From contig CAZGOA010000004.1 in assembly GCA_964527425.1 (NCBI GenBank), positions 35,691-99,690 on the forward strand: a stretch of 64,000 bases of DNA, in the 5' to 3' direction. Made by a program: the position numbers and the translations under genes. Origin of the DNA: an uncultured Gammaproteobacteria bacterium. GTDB lineage: Bacteria > Patescibacteriota > Microgenomatia > UBA10105 > UBA927. The notes below the pieces were generated by a model. That model saw only the letters and a program-made list of their open reading frames with translations, was not told the origin of the DNA and did not search any database. Positions 49,123 to 57,820 of this stretch are shown here, piece by piece; the first letter of the stretch is position 1, and every line of letters starts with the position of its first letter.

Positions 49123-49737
49123 ATGGTAGAGCCCTCTAATAATCCAAAACCACTTAAATACTCAAGTATCGCTATATCTGGGCCTCCTGGAGCTGGGCGT
49201 TCAACACTTTTAAAAAATCTTAAGCCAATTGTTGAGGCTCTTGGCTGGGAAACATTTTCCGGCGGTGAATGGGCAAGGCAGTTTGCTATTGAACAAGGAA
49301 ATCACGATCCTAATGATCCTACTCATCATTTAGCAACAGACTATGGTGAAGATATTGATCATCAAATAGATTTGGCTCTTCGAGAAAAATTAACAAATCC
49401 TCAGATTCATGTTGCCGTAGAATCCTGGATTGCTGGTTGGAACATGAGAGGACTTCCTCATGTATTAAAAGTACTGTTAATATGTGACAATTCACTAAGA
49501 ATAGATCGTGTTGTAAATCGAGATAACCTTACGGTAGAAGAAGCAAAAAATCATTTACGGGAAAGAGAAGATACAAATTTAGGCAAATGGAGTCGTATGT
49601 ACAATGTTTCCGCTACTGAGTTTTGGGATTCTAAACACTATGATCTTATTATTAATACGTTTTCTACTGGACCAAAGGAAACAGTAAACATTGTCCTTCA
49701 GGCATTAGGGTATTTTAATAGAGACGAACATCAGTAA
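49123..49737 (+). CDS. P-loop nucleoside/nucleotide kinase (cytidylate-kinase-like)
   Basis: IAISGPPGAGRSTL Walker A, at 204 aa. Confidence 0.45.
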   Translation: MVEPSNNPKPLKYSSIAISGPPGAGRSTLLKNLKPIVEALGWETFSGGEWARQFAIEQGNHDPNDPTHHLATDYGEDIDHQIDLALREKLTNPQIHVAVESWIAGWNMRGLPHVLKVLLICDNSLRIDRVVNRDNLTVEEAKNHLREREDTNLGKWSRMYNVSATEFWDSKHYDLIINTFSTGPKETVNIVLQALGYFNRDEHQ

Positions 49738-49745
49738 GTTTAATT

Positions 49746-50903
49746 ATGTCTCACAAAAAACCTGCCAATTCTCGAAACATTCTGTTATTGTCTACTGTTT
49801 CGTTTTTGAATGATATAGGTGGCGAGACGATAAAAAAAATTATTCCTCTTTATTTATCAAATGTATTAGGTGTAAAACCCAGTGTTATTGGTTTAGTTGA
49901 GGGTATAGCTGATGCATTGCCTCAAATTTTTCAACCCATAGCGGGAGTATTGTCTGATACGTTTAAAACAAGAAAACCCTTAATCATAGTAGGTCAAAGT
50001 CTTCGTTCTTTGGTTTTGCTATTATATGTTGCAACTTCATGGCCTCAGATTTTACTTATACGTTTTTTAGATAGAAGTGGAAAAGGAATTGCTAATTCTC
50101 CTCGAGATGCGTTGATAACAGATTCAAGCGCGGCAAAGCATGTTGGTAGATCATTTGGTATTAATCGAGCGTTTGATAATGCAGGGGCAGTATTTGGATT
50201 TTTATTAACGAGTGCTTTCTTTGCGTATATTGGAGGAACAGTAATGACGAAAGGGTTGTTTCAAGGTCTAGTATTATTAGCGATAATCCCATTAATCATA
50301 GCGTTTGGAATAGTAACATTTGGTATTCATGATATTAAAAAGAAGTCAGTTACAAGATCTATCCCAAAACCATTAGGGAGAAAATATTGGTTTTTGATCT
50401 GTTGTTGTTTTGTTTTTACATTAGGAAATTCATCAGATGCATTTTTAATTCTTAGAGCACAGCAGTTAGGAGCACCGTTAAGTGTATTGTTTTTGTTACT
50501 CGCTTTGTATAGTGGTGTTTCTGCAGTAGCTGGTTATCCTATTGGAAAGCTGTCTGATCAAATTGGCAGGAAAAAACTTCTCGCTTTAGGGTGGATTATT
50601 TATAGTAGTATTTATTACTTGTTTTCATTAAGTTCTGGTTTGTCATCCATGACATTGTTGTTTATTTTATATGGTGTGTATTTAGGATTAACAGAAGGAG
50701 TAATTAAAGCTTGGGTTGCAGATGTTGTGCCTCAAGAGAGCAGAGCTACAGCTTTTGGTGTATACAATATGGTTATAGGATTAACTCTTATTCCTGCATC
50801 ACTCTTGGCCGGATATTTTTGGCAATTGTGGGGTTTATCAGCAGCTCTTCAGATTGATGCAATTTTTGCTGTAGTAGCAACTGTCATGCTTTTTTTCCTA
50901 TAA
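49746..50903 (+). CDS. MFS transporter
   Basis: Polytopic membrane protein with a two-times-six-helix layout and an MFS-like loop motif. Confidence 0.6.
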   Translation: MSHKKPANSRNILLLSTVSFLNDIGGETIKKIIPLYLSNVLGVKPSVIGLVEGIADALPQIFQPIAGVLSDTFKTRKPLIIVGQSLRSLVLLLYVATSWPQILLIRFLDRSGKGIANSPRDALITDSSAAKHVGRSFGINRAFDNAGAVFGFLLTSAFFAYIGGTVMTKGLFQGLVLLAIIPLIIAFGIVTFGIHDIKKKSVTRSIPKPLGRKYWFLICCCFVFTLGNSSDAFLILRAQQLGAPLSVLFLLLALYSGVSAVAGYPIGKLSDQIGRKKLLALGWIIYSSIYYLFSLSSGLSSMTLLFILYGVYLGLTEGVIKAWVADVVPQESRATAFGVYNMVIGLTLIPASLLAGYFWQLWGLSAALQIDAIFAVVATVMLFFL

Positions 50904-50915
50904 TAGAGTGAAGTT

Positions 50916-51482
50916 ATGATACCCACACCTGATGAGGCAAGACAACTTTGGAATAAATATAACTTACCAGAGCGTAAACGAGTTCATGTACAATTAGTGG
51001 CTGATGTTGCCCTTTTTCTGTCTGGAAAGCTACACATAATTGATCATTCGATACATATTGATACGAATTTGTTAGAAGCTGGAGCCTTACTACATGATAT
51101 AGATAAGGCTATTCCCAGACTTCCTGGAGAACACCATCCAGAAACTGGTGTTAGAATTTTACGGGAAGAAGGGATGAAAGAGGTAGCTGATTTAATACAG
51201 TACCATTCTGTTCAATATATTGGAGATAGTAAAACAGAACCAAAGACTTGGGAAGAAAAACTGTTATTTTTATCAGACAAAATGGTGAAACAGGAAGTAA
51301 TTACGGTGGATAAACGATTTGATTTGTGGTTTTCAGAAGCAGATTTACCAGAAGCACAAAAAGAAATGTTGAGAGCCGTTTTTCCTAAAGTGAAACAACT
51401 TGAAAAAGAAATTTTTGATAAGATTGGCATTCAACCACAAGATGTGGGACAATTACTATTGAGATTAAAGGAGGGAGTATGA
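50916..51482 (+). CDS. HD-domain phosphohydrolase
   Basis: H...HDIDK metal-binding motif. Confidence 0.6.
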   Translation: MIPTPDEARQLWNKYNLPERKRVHVQLVADVALFLSGKLHIIDHSIHIDTNLLEAGALLHDIDKAIPRLPGEHHPETGVRILREEGMKEVADLIQYHSVQYIGDSKTEPKTWEEKLLFLSDKMVKQEVITVDKRFDLWFSEADLPEAQKEMLRAVFPKVKQLEKEIFDKIGIQPQDVGQLLLRLKEGV

Positions 51483-52096
51483 AAAATTACACCACCATAG
51501 TGTTACTTATAGCAGTGCTCGGTATTGTCGTTGGAGGAAATGTTCTATATGGCAGCCTGAACAATACTGTACAAGCAGCAGTTGAAGAGTCATCTACAGG
51601 AAATAGTGGCAGTATGAAAGTTGAAATGGCAACCCCCGGTGCAATGATGGAAGAGGGGATAAGTAAAAAATCGGAATATGTCCTTCCTTATCCGGGTATA
51701 TTACAAAATCATCCCCTATATTTTTTAAAAGAGTTTCGAGATCAAATTATCGAAGTTCTTATTGCTGATCCTTTAAGAAAGAGTGAGTTTTACTTGTTGC
51801 AGTCTGACAAATGGATTGCAGCATCAGATTTATTAATTGTCCAAGAACAGACAGATTTGGCAGAGAAAGTATTGAATAAATCTGCTGATAGAATGAATGA
51901 TTCGATAAAAGCATTGAAGTCTATTAAGGCTGACGGTCGTGAAGTTCCATCAGGAGTAATTGATAAGGTTGAAAAATCTATAGAAAAACATCTTGAGATG
52001 GTTGATGAATTTTCGATAGAAAAGAAGATTAATCCTGATCAAGCACGGCAAACATTATTGACTGCGCAAGAGGAATTAAATAAAGTAAAAAATTAA
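51479..52096 (+). CDS. Hypothetical secreted or membrane-anchored protein (N-terminal membrane-spanning helix)
   Basis: N-terminal helix IVLLIAVLGIVVGG. ORF only. Confidence 0.35.
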   Translation: MKNYTTIVLLIAVLGIVVGGNVLYGSLNNTVQAAVEESSTGNSGSMKVEMATPGAMMEEGISKKSEYVLPYPGILQNHPLYFLKEFRDQIIEVLIADPLRKSEFYLLQSDKWIAASDLLIVQEQTDLAEKVLNKSADRMNDSIKALKSIKADGREVPSGVIDKVEKSIEKHLEMVDEFSIEKKINPDQARQTLLTAQEELNKVKN

Positions 52097-52248
52097 TACT
52101 ATATTTTCCGCAGTTTCACCTCAACAAAACCTTCTGAGGCAAGCGAGATACTTTGATACATTTTGTATCAATTGACCCAACGTATCGTGTGTCATAGGAT
52201 GGAAACGCACCATATGTGGTGTAAAAAATTTCACGATATATTTAGGGA

Positions 52249-52695
52249 ATGAAATGTCCATATTGTTCTCATGATCAAACTGATGTAATAGAAAAGAGAG
52301 ATACGAAGGAAGGTACTGTAACAAGACGCAGACGTACATGTGTGCATTGCCAAAAGCGATTTACCACATACGAGCGTGTTGAACATGTGCCGATTACAGT
52401 AATTAAAAAGGATCAACGTAGAGAAACGTTTGATCGAGAAAAATTAAAACGAGGAATATGGAGAGCAAGTGGAAAGACAAAAATTACAGCATCTGATGTC
52501 GATAGAATTGTTGATGAGGTAGAACGAGAATTAATCGGGGGAGAAAGTACTGAAATTAAGAGTCAACAGATAGGAGAACTAGTTGCAAAAAGATTAAAAT
52601 CGTTAGATAAAGTAGCATATATTCGATTTGCTAGTGTATTTAAACGATTTGTAGACGTTGAGGAGTTTGAAAAAGAACTCAAAAAACTAATTTAA
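52249..52695 (+). CDS. nrdR: Transcriptional repressor NrdR
   Basis: MKCPYCSHDQTDVIEKRD...RRRRTCVHCQKRFTTYERVE is the zinc ribbon plus ATP-cone arrangement. Confidence 0.9.
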   Translation: MKCPYCSHDQTDVIEKRDTKEGTVTRRRRTCVHCQKRFTTYERVEHVPITVIKKDQRRETFDREKLKRGIWRASGKTKITASDVDRIVDEVERELIGGESTEIKSQQIGELVAKRLKSLDKVAYIRFASVFKRFVDVEEFEKELKKLI

Positions 52696-52707
52696 CACAA
52701 ATCAAAA

Positions 52708-52736
52708 AATAACAAATTGTAAAATTGTTATTTTTT
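52708..52736 (+). terminator. AT-only hairpin plus a T-run after nrdR (weak terminator, or an NrdR-type operator)
   Basis: AATAACAA-(9-nt loop)-TTGTTATT followed by TTTTT. The stem contains only A-T pairs, so terminator strength is doubtful. The ACAAATTGT palindrome resembles an NrdR half-box. Confidence 0.35.
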
Positions 52737-52755
52737 GAGCACAAATTTATTATTA

Positions 52756-52769
52756 TGACAACATATTGT
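52756..52769 (+). promoter_or_regulatory. Putative NrdR box upstream of nrdJ
   Basis: gACAACATATTGTc. The arms ACAA/TTGT flank an AT-rich centre, resembling the NrdR-box consensus acaCwAtATaTwGtgt. It lies 42 nt upstream of the nrdJ ATG. Confidence 0.4.
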
Positions 52770-52810
52770 CTGCTAGCCATTGTTTGGATGGTCATTGCAA
52801 AGGAGGTTTT

Positions 52811-55225
52811 ATGGAATTAACAGGAATTCGAAAACAAGTATTTCTTGACAGGTATGCCGTTAAAGATGAACATGGTAAACCAGTAGAACAAACACCAGAA
52901 GAAATGTGGCGACGTGTTTCTCGTGCTGTAGCAGGGATAGAAAAAACGAAAGAGGCGAAACAGTATTGGGAAGAACAATTTTATGGAGCCATGCAGGATT
53001 TTGTTTTTGTTCCCGGAGGACGAATCTTAGCTGGTGCAGGCACTGGATTTAAAGTTACCTTCTATAATTGTTTTGTTATTCCTAGTCCTCATGATTCAAG
53101 AGGTGGGATACTAAAAACACTTTCAAACATGGTTGAGATTATGTCTCGAGGAGGTGGAGTAGGGATTAATATGTCCAGTTTGCGTCCCAGAGGCACCCGT
53201 GTAACAAAAGTCAATGGATTTTCTTCAGGACCATGCAATTGGGCAGAACTGTTTTCTGTAGCGACCAAAGATATTATCCAGCAAGGTGGTTCAAGACGTG
53301 GTGCGTTAATGTTGATGTTGTGGGACTGGCACCCAGATGTTGAAGAATTTATTACAGTAAAACAAGATTTAACCCGTATTAATGGTGCAAATCTTTCCGT
53401 TTGTGTATCTGATGCGTTTATGGAAGCAGTTAAAAAAGATGAAGACTGGCAATTAGTATTCCCCGATAAAAATGATCCAGATTACGACACAAAATGGGAT
53501 GGATATATGCCAAATTGGTTAGCCTTAGGTAAAAAACCTATTGTTCATAAGACTATTAAAGCACGAAAATTGTGGGATCTTATTGCAGAGGCAGCATGGA
53601 AAAGTGCAGAACCAGGAGTTGTATTCATGGAACGATACAACAAATGGTTTAACAATTACTATTGGGAATATGTCAACTGTGTGAATCCGTGTGGTGAAGA
53701 AGGATTACCCAATTGGGGAGTTTGTAATTTATGTTCTATCAATTTATCAGCTTTAGTTAATGAAAAAGGAGAAATGAACTATAAAAGACTAGCAGAAGTT
53801 GCCAAGATAGGTGTTCGTTTTCAGGACAATGTTGTTGATGCCGATTTTTACGTGTTTGATGAAATTAAGAAAGTTCAATTAGAAGGTGAAAGACGAATTG
53901 GATTGGGAACGATGGGACTGGGTGATGCACTTATTAAAATGAAACTGAAGTATGGTTCTAAGGAAAGTCTTCCTGTGGTTGATAAAATTTATGCCACCAT
54001 ACGCGATGCAGCGTATGAAGCATCAGCAGAAATTGCTGCAGAAAAAGGACCATTTCCAAAAATTGATATAAAAAAGCATTTAGAAGGGTATTTCGTAAGC
54101 CAGTTACCCGAGGAAATTAAAAAGAAGATAAAAAAACATGGAGTGAGAAATAGTGTTTTATTACAACAAGCTCCAACAGGAACAACATCTCTTCTAGCGG
54201 GTGTTTCGTCAGGAATTGAGCCTGTGTATGAGTTTGAATTTTTACGCAGGTCAAGATTAGGTGAGCACATCTTGCGTCATCATTTGTACGAAGAGTGGTA
54301 CAACGAATTTAAAAAAGAACACGGGAGAGAACCAGTAAAAGAAGAACGTCCTGAATGGTTTGTGTCTGCCAATGATTTAACCCCAGAAGATCATGTATAT
54401 ATTCAAGCAACGATTCAGAAGTATGTAGATGCATCAATATCAAAAACAGTAAATGCACCAAGAGCTCATACTATTGAAGATGTAAAGCGTTTATATACAT
54501 TAGCCTATGACTTAGGGTGTAAAGGTATTGCATATATGAGAGAGGGAAGTAGGCAAGGCGTTTTGGAAAGAATGCCAGCTGACGCCAAAGCTTCTGATGG
54601 TAAAGAAGAGCAAAAAATACAGCAGATTCCAGAGGTAAAGCCAAGACCGATGATTGTTCATGGGTCAACGTATCAAGTATCAACCCCTGTTGGTCAAGCG
54701 TTTGTAACAATTAATACAAATGGTGATACTCAACCGCTAGAAATGTTTATAAACGTAGGGAAAGCCGGTAGTGATGTAACTGCAATGGCTGAAGCGTTGG
54801 GAAGAATGATTTCTCTTACGTTGCGAATGCAATCACCAATTCCACCAGCCGAGCGAATGAGAAAAATAGCTTCAGAATTAGTTGGAATAGGAGGAGCACG
54901 ATCAATGGGATTTGGTGAAAATAGAGTGCGTTCACTTCCTGATGCAGTTGCAAAAGTAATAGATAGACATTTTACTAATTATCCAAAATTTCAGGCTGAA
55001 ATAATGGTGCAACCACATGTGACAAATGGTCACACTAATGGAAAAGCGCATGCGCAAGGAGTTGCAGAGGGAGATAATACAACTTCTCAATTACCATTAA
55101 TGGCAGCACAACTACCTCAACAAAAAATGGTGACAGTAGATTTGTGCCCTAAATGCGGAGAGGGTAGTTTAGTGTTTGAAGAGGCGTGTAAGAAGTGTTA
55201 TAGCTGCGGATATAGTGAATGCTAA
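52811..55225 (+). CDS. nrdJ: Adenosylcobalamin-dependent ribonucleotide reductase (class II, NrdJ)
   Basis: N-terminal VFLDRYAVKDEHGKPVEQTPEEMWRRVSRAV is typical of class II RNR. There is a C-terminal Cys4 zinc ribbon, and no nrdB partner. The start is taken at the MELTG ATG preceded by AGGAGG. Confidence 0.8.
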   Translation: MELTGIRKQVFLDRYAVKDEHGKPVEQTPEEMWRRVSRAVAGIEKTKEAKQYWEEQFYGAMQDFVFVPGGRILAGAGTGFKVTFYNCFVIPSPHDSRGGILKTLSNMVEIMSRGGGVGINMSSLRPRGTRVTKVNGFSSGPCNWAELFSVATKDIIQQGGSRRGALMLMLWDWHPDVEEFITVKQDLTRINGANLSVCVSDAFMEAVKKDEDWQLVFPDKNDPDYDTKWDGYMPNWLALGKKPIVHKTIKARKLWDLIAEAAWKSAEPGVVFMERYNKWFNNYYWEYVNCVNPCGEEGLPNWGVCNLCSINLSALVNEKGEMNYKRLAEVAKIGVRFQDNVVDADFYVFDEIKKVQLEGERRIGLGTMGLGDALIKMKLKYGSKESLPVVDKIYATIRDAAYEASAEIAAEKGPFPKIDIKKHLEGYFVSQLPEEIKKKIKKHGVRNSVLLQQAPTGTTSLLAGVSSGIEPVYEFEFLRRSRLGEHILRHHLYEEWYNEFKKEHGREPVKEERPEWFVSANDLTPEDHVYIQATIQKYVDASISKTVNAPRAHTIEDVKRLYTLAYDLGCKGIAYMREGSRQGVLERMPADAKASDGKEEQKIQQIPEVKPRPMIVHGSTYQVSTPVGQAFVTINTNGDTQPLEMFINVGKAGSDVTAMAEALGRMISLTLRMQSPIPPAERMRKIASELVGIGGARSMGFGENRVRSLPDAVAKVIDRHFTNYPKFQAEIMVQPHVTNGHTNGKAHAQGVAEGDNTTSQLPLMAAQLPQQKMVTVDLCPKCGEGSLVFEEACKKCYSCGYSEC

Positions 55226-55282
55226 ATTAATGTATTTTACTTTAGTAAAATTTTTACTAATCTATACTATTAAAAAATAGTT

Positions 55283-55822
55283 ATGCCAATTTATACAAAA
55301 ACAGGTGATAAGGGAGAAACCTCTTTATTTGGAGGAAAACGAGTATTAAAAAGCTCGGAACTTGTTGAGGTGTATGGATCAGTAGATGAATTAAATTCCT
55401 GGATTGGAGTTATTGTTGCTTCTATTGACCACGAAGAAAAAATAGATTTTTTACACAAAATTCAAGGTGATCTGTTTATAATAGGCGGAACATTAGCAGG
55501 ATGGGAAACAGAACTGAGTGGACTTACAACCAGAGTAACTGAAATGGAGGTTGAAATAGATGCGATGGAGAGTCAACTTCAACAGCTTACTAATTTTATA
55601 TTACCGGGTGGTACTAAGGAGTCTGCAACTGTACATTTAACAAGAAGTGTTTGCAGAAGGGTAGAACGTCAAATAGTGGCTCTTTCTCAAAAAAAATCTA
55701 TTTCTGAAGAAATACTCATATATATTAATCGTTTATCTGATTTGCTTTTTGTATTTGCAAGATTTATAAACAAACAAGCTGGAATTACTGATGTGATTTG
55801 GCAAGGAATTCGAAAACAATAG
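55283..55822 (+). CDS. pduO: ATP:cob(I)alamin adenosyltransferase, PduO-type
   Basis: MPIYTKTGDKGETSLFGGKRVLKSSELVEVYGSVDELNSWIG is the N-terminal signature of the PduO/MMAB family. Confidence 0.85.
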   Translation: MPIYTKTGDKGETSLFGGKRVLKSSELVEVYGSVDELNSWIGVIVASIDHEEKIDFLHKIQGDLFIIGGTLAGWETELSGLTTRVTEMEVEIDAMESQLQQLTNFILPGGTKESATVHLTRSVCRRVERQIVALSQKKSISEEILIYINRLSDLLFVFARFINKQAGITDVIWQGIRKQ

Positions 55823-55827
55823 TACGA

Positions 55828-55945
55828 ATTGAGGAATCACGTTTGAATCGTGAGCTGTGCCGCAACTGTGAACCCTTAAATTGTGTTGAAGGGAAGTCAG
55901 GAACTCCTCGTACTTAATCCCGAGCAGGGTGTTTAGTAACAATAG
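55828..55945 (+). promoter_or_regulatory. Cobalamin (adenosylcobalamin) riboswitch aptamer
   Basis: GAGGAAUCACGUUUGAAUCGUGAGCUGUGCCGCAACUGUGAA matches the conserved core GGAA..GAAnnC..AGCnnG.ACCCGCnACnGUAA, which I recall from the E. coli btuB leader. A downstream AGUCAGGAACUCC segment resembles the B12 box. The element sits in a 165-bp intergenic region adjacent to the B12 genes. Confidence 0.7.
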
Positions 55946-55990
55946 CAACAAAGAGGAAACATTTCTTTTTGCTCTTACTGATCATTAATG

Positions 55991-56017
55991 CCTTCTTGGG
56001 AACAAGAAGGTTTTTTT
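55991..56017 (+). terminator. Riboswitch expression platform: a terminator hairpin that also sequesters the ribosome-binding site
   Basis: CCTTCTTG-GGAA-CAAGAAGG is a perfect 8-bp stem, followed by TTTTTTT and then the ATG at 56018. The 3' arm AAGAAGG is the only plausible ribosome-binding site. A possible antiterminator partner CAAAGAGG lies at 55949-55956. Confidence 0.65.
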
Positions 56018-57337
56018 ATGCCCATGTTAGAGTTGCAACAACTATTAGATCAAGTCAAATTTCGTTTACCTGATACTATTCAAGCACAACGACAGCAATT
56101 GTTAGAAGCAATTAGAACTGAACAAATACACTTTTCAGAAGCCTTAGGTAATACAAAAGACTCTCAAAACTATCTCGGTAGATCGTATGACGTAGTAACA
56201 GATTATGTCACGTTGCGCTGGTACAGAGAACGAGGTGAATGGGAAAAGTATAGACAGCATATAGAGTTAATAAACGCCAATCTTCAGACCAACTTAATGG
56301 AGAGATATAAGGTTACAGAAAGTAGTCTTGAATACGATATAAAGGATAATTTATACCCAAAAGGGTCTTTGACACCATCTTTGTATATGATTCTCAACGG
56401 AGTAGATTACAGAAAAAATTTAGGTTCTGTTGAACAAGAAAGAGAGTTGGCGGAACTGATCGGTTTTCAAGTTATAGATGAGTTTATGGTAAATGTGCAA
56501 ACGCCTATTGGTTCAACTATCGTATCGTTTTCACCTAAAGGAAGTGCTGAGCATACAGAATATAGATATAGATTTGTTGATATTTTTGTCAAACAAAAAC
56601 GAGATCAGGATGAATATGTTCAGTTTACCCGTAAGTTTGTTCGTTATAACAATGATGAATATAGAGAAAAAGCCCTAGAATTGGACCCAACTTTTTTTGA
56701 TGGATATGATGGTCAAGGAGCAGAAGATGCATGGTTTCTCTCTCATCCTGTTGTCACCAATAAAGATGTATCTTCGTTCTTTGATTTAGCTGAAGGAATG
56801 GACTTTACATCATTCCAGAATATTTATCATGACGAGATTCTTCAGTACTTAATACATGATTACTTGAGAATTATTCAAGAGACTACTGTTGATAGAGTAG
56901 CTGTAGCAGCAAGTTTTAACTGCATTATTAACAGAGCCGATGAAGTAAAAGAAAACGTTTCAAATGAACTTAATAAACCATTTTTCCAAAGTAGTTTATT
57001 CTATGATGATTTAGAAACATCTAAAATGTTTTATAGCTATCTTCAAAGTTTAGCAATAAGAAATCCCAAAACTCATAGTGGTACAGGATGCCCTTCTAAT
57101 AGAGGATATAATTTAGGAAATTCTCTTATAGACTCAATTGATGTGTACCGGGCCAATAGTGTAGTTCAATTTATTCCTGATAGATTAGACTACAAAGATG
57201 ATCCCAATTTATGTAGATGTAGTGGACGAGAACCACACTTTCACTGTCCAGGTAAAAATGGTACGTGTAGACATATTATTATTGTTGGTAAAGGAATAAC
57301 AACGTGTCCTATTTGTGGACAAGGGAAGATATGTTAG
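56018..57337 (+). CDS. Hypothetical protein (439 aa; 449 aa if started at 55988) with a C-terminal cysteine-rich, zinc-ribbon-like cluster; predicted to be controlled by the riboswitch
   Basis: ORF with no recognisable catalytic motif. C-terminal CRCSGREPHFHCPGKNGTCRHIIIVGKGITTCPICGQGKIC. The ATG at 56018 lies 7 nt after the ribosome-binding site; the in-frame ATG at 55988 is inside the hairpin. Confidence 0.55.
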   Translation: MPMLELQQLLDQVKFRLPDTIQAQRQQLLEAIRTEQIHFSEALGNTKDSQNYLGRSYDVVTDYVTLRWYRERGEWEKYRQHIELINANLQTNLMERYKVTESSLEYDIKDNLYPKGSLTPSLYMILNGVDYRKNLGSVEQERELAELIGFQVIDEFMVNVQTPIGSTIVSFSPKGSAEHTEYRYRFVDIFVKQKRDQDEYVQFTRKFVRYNNDEYREKALELDPTFFDGYDGQGAEDAWFLSHPVVTNKDVSSFFDLAEGMDFTSFQNIYHDEILQYLIHDYLRIIQETTVDRVAVAASFNCIINRADEVKENVSNELNKPFFQSSLFYDDLETSKMFYSYLQSLAIRNPKTHSGTGCPSNRGYNLGNSLIDSIDVYRANSVVQFIPDRLDYKDDPNLCRCSGREPHFHCPGKNGTCRHIIIVGKGITTCPICGQGKIC

Positions 57338-57374
57338 AACAGAAGCTTTTATTAATTTATGCTATTATTAGCCT

Positions 57375-57818
57375 ATGAACGATCTGCCCGTTCCAGCGCC
57401 ACCTACTGATCCATCACAACAAGATCAACAAGGCAATCAACAACAATCAACTACGAGTGTTTCGTATGGAAGTAAAGAAGGAGAATCTTTTACAATACAT
57501 AGTCCAGAAGCATCGCTTAAAGCAGTTGGTCAAGAAGTTGATTTACCCAAAGAAGTTCAATCAGCGGGGGTACAGATTCAATCGACAACGGTTGCTTTAC
57601 CTCAAGCAGTTTCTGATCAAGGAGTTACATCAGTAGGGTATAATGTATCATCTGTTCCTACACATGGTTCAACAATTACATTGCCGTTGAGTGATAGTCA
57701 AATAGAGTTGGCTCTGAAGAAAAATACGAAGCAATCAATTCGATGGCTTGCAGAATGGTGTGTATATCAAATTAAAAAAATGCATGAAAAGATAATTCCC
57801 AATAAAAGACATTCGTAA
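57375..57818 (+). CDS. Hypothetical protein (147 aa) with a Gln/Ser/Thr-rich N-terminus
   Basis: ORF only. It ends 2 nt before the VirD4-like gene. Confidence 0.4.
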   Translation: MNDLPVPAPPTDPSQQDQQGNQQQSTTSVSYGSKEGESFTIHSPEASLKAVGQEVDLPKEVQSAGVQIQSTTVALPQAVSDQGVTSVGYNVSSVPTHGSTITLPLSDSQIELALKKNTKQSIRWLAEWCVYQIKKMHEKIIPNKRHS

Positions 57819-57820
57819 TT

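Noticed and set aside
52708-52736. The AT-only hairpin after nrdR, as a confident terminator
   Set aside because: The stem has only A-T pairs, and the sequence is also compatible with an NrdR-type operator half-site. It is kept as a low-confidence feature rather than asserted.
55733-55951. 72-aa minus-strand ORF spanning the pduO 3' end and the intergenic region
   Set aside because: It overlaps the cobalamin riboswitch sequence and the pduO coding region, with no ribosome-binding site. The riboswitch call explains the conservation-like structure better.
55988-56017. Alternative start codon (ATG at 55988) for the riboswitch-controlled gene
   Set aside because: This ATG lies inside the 5' arm of the terminator and sequestering hairpin and has no upstream ribosome-binding site. 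The ATG at 56018 has an AAGAAGG ribosome-binding site at the ideal spacing. The choice is kept as an uncertainty rather than treated as a separate feature.
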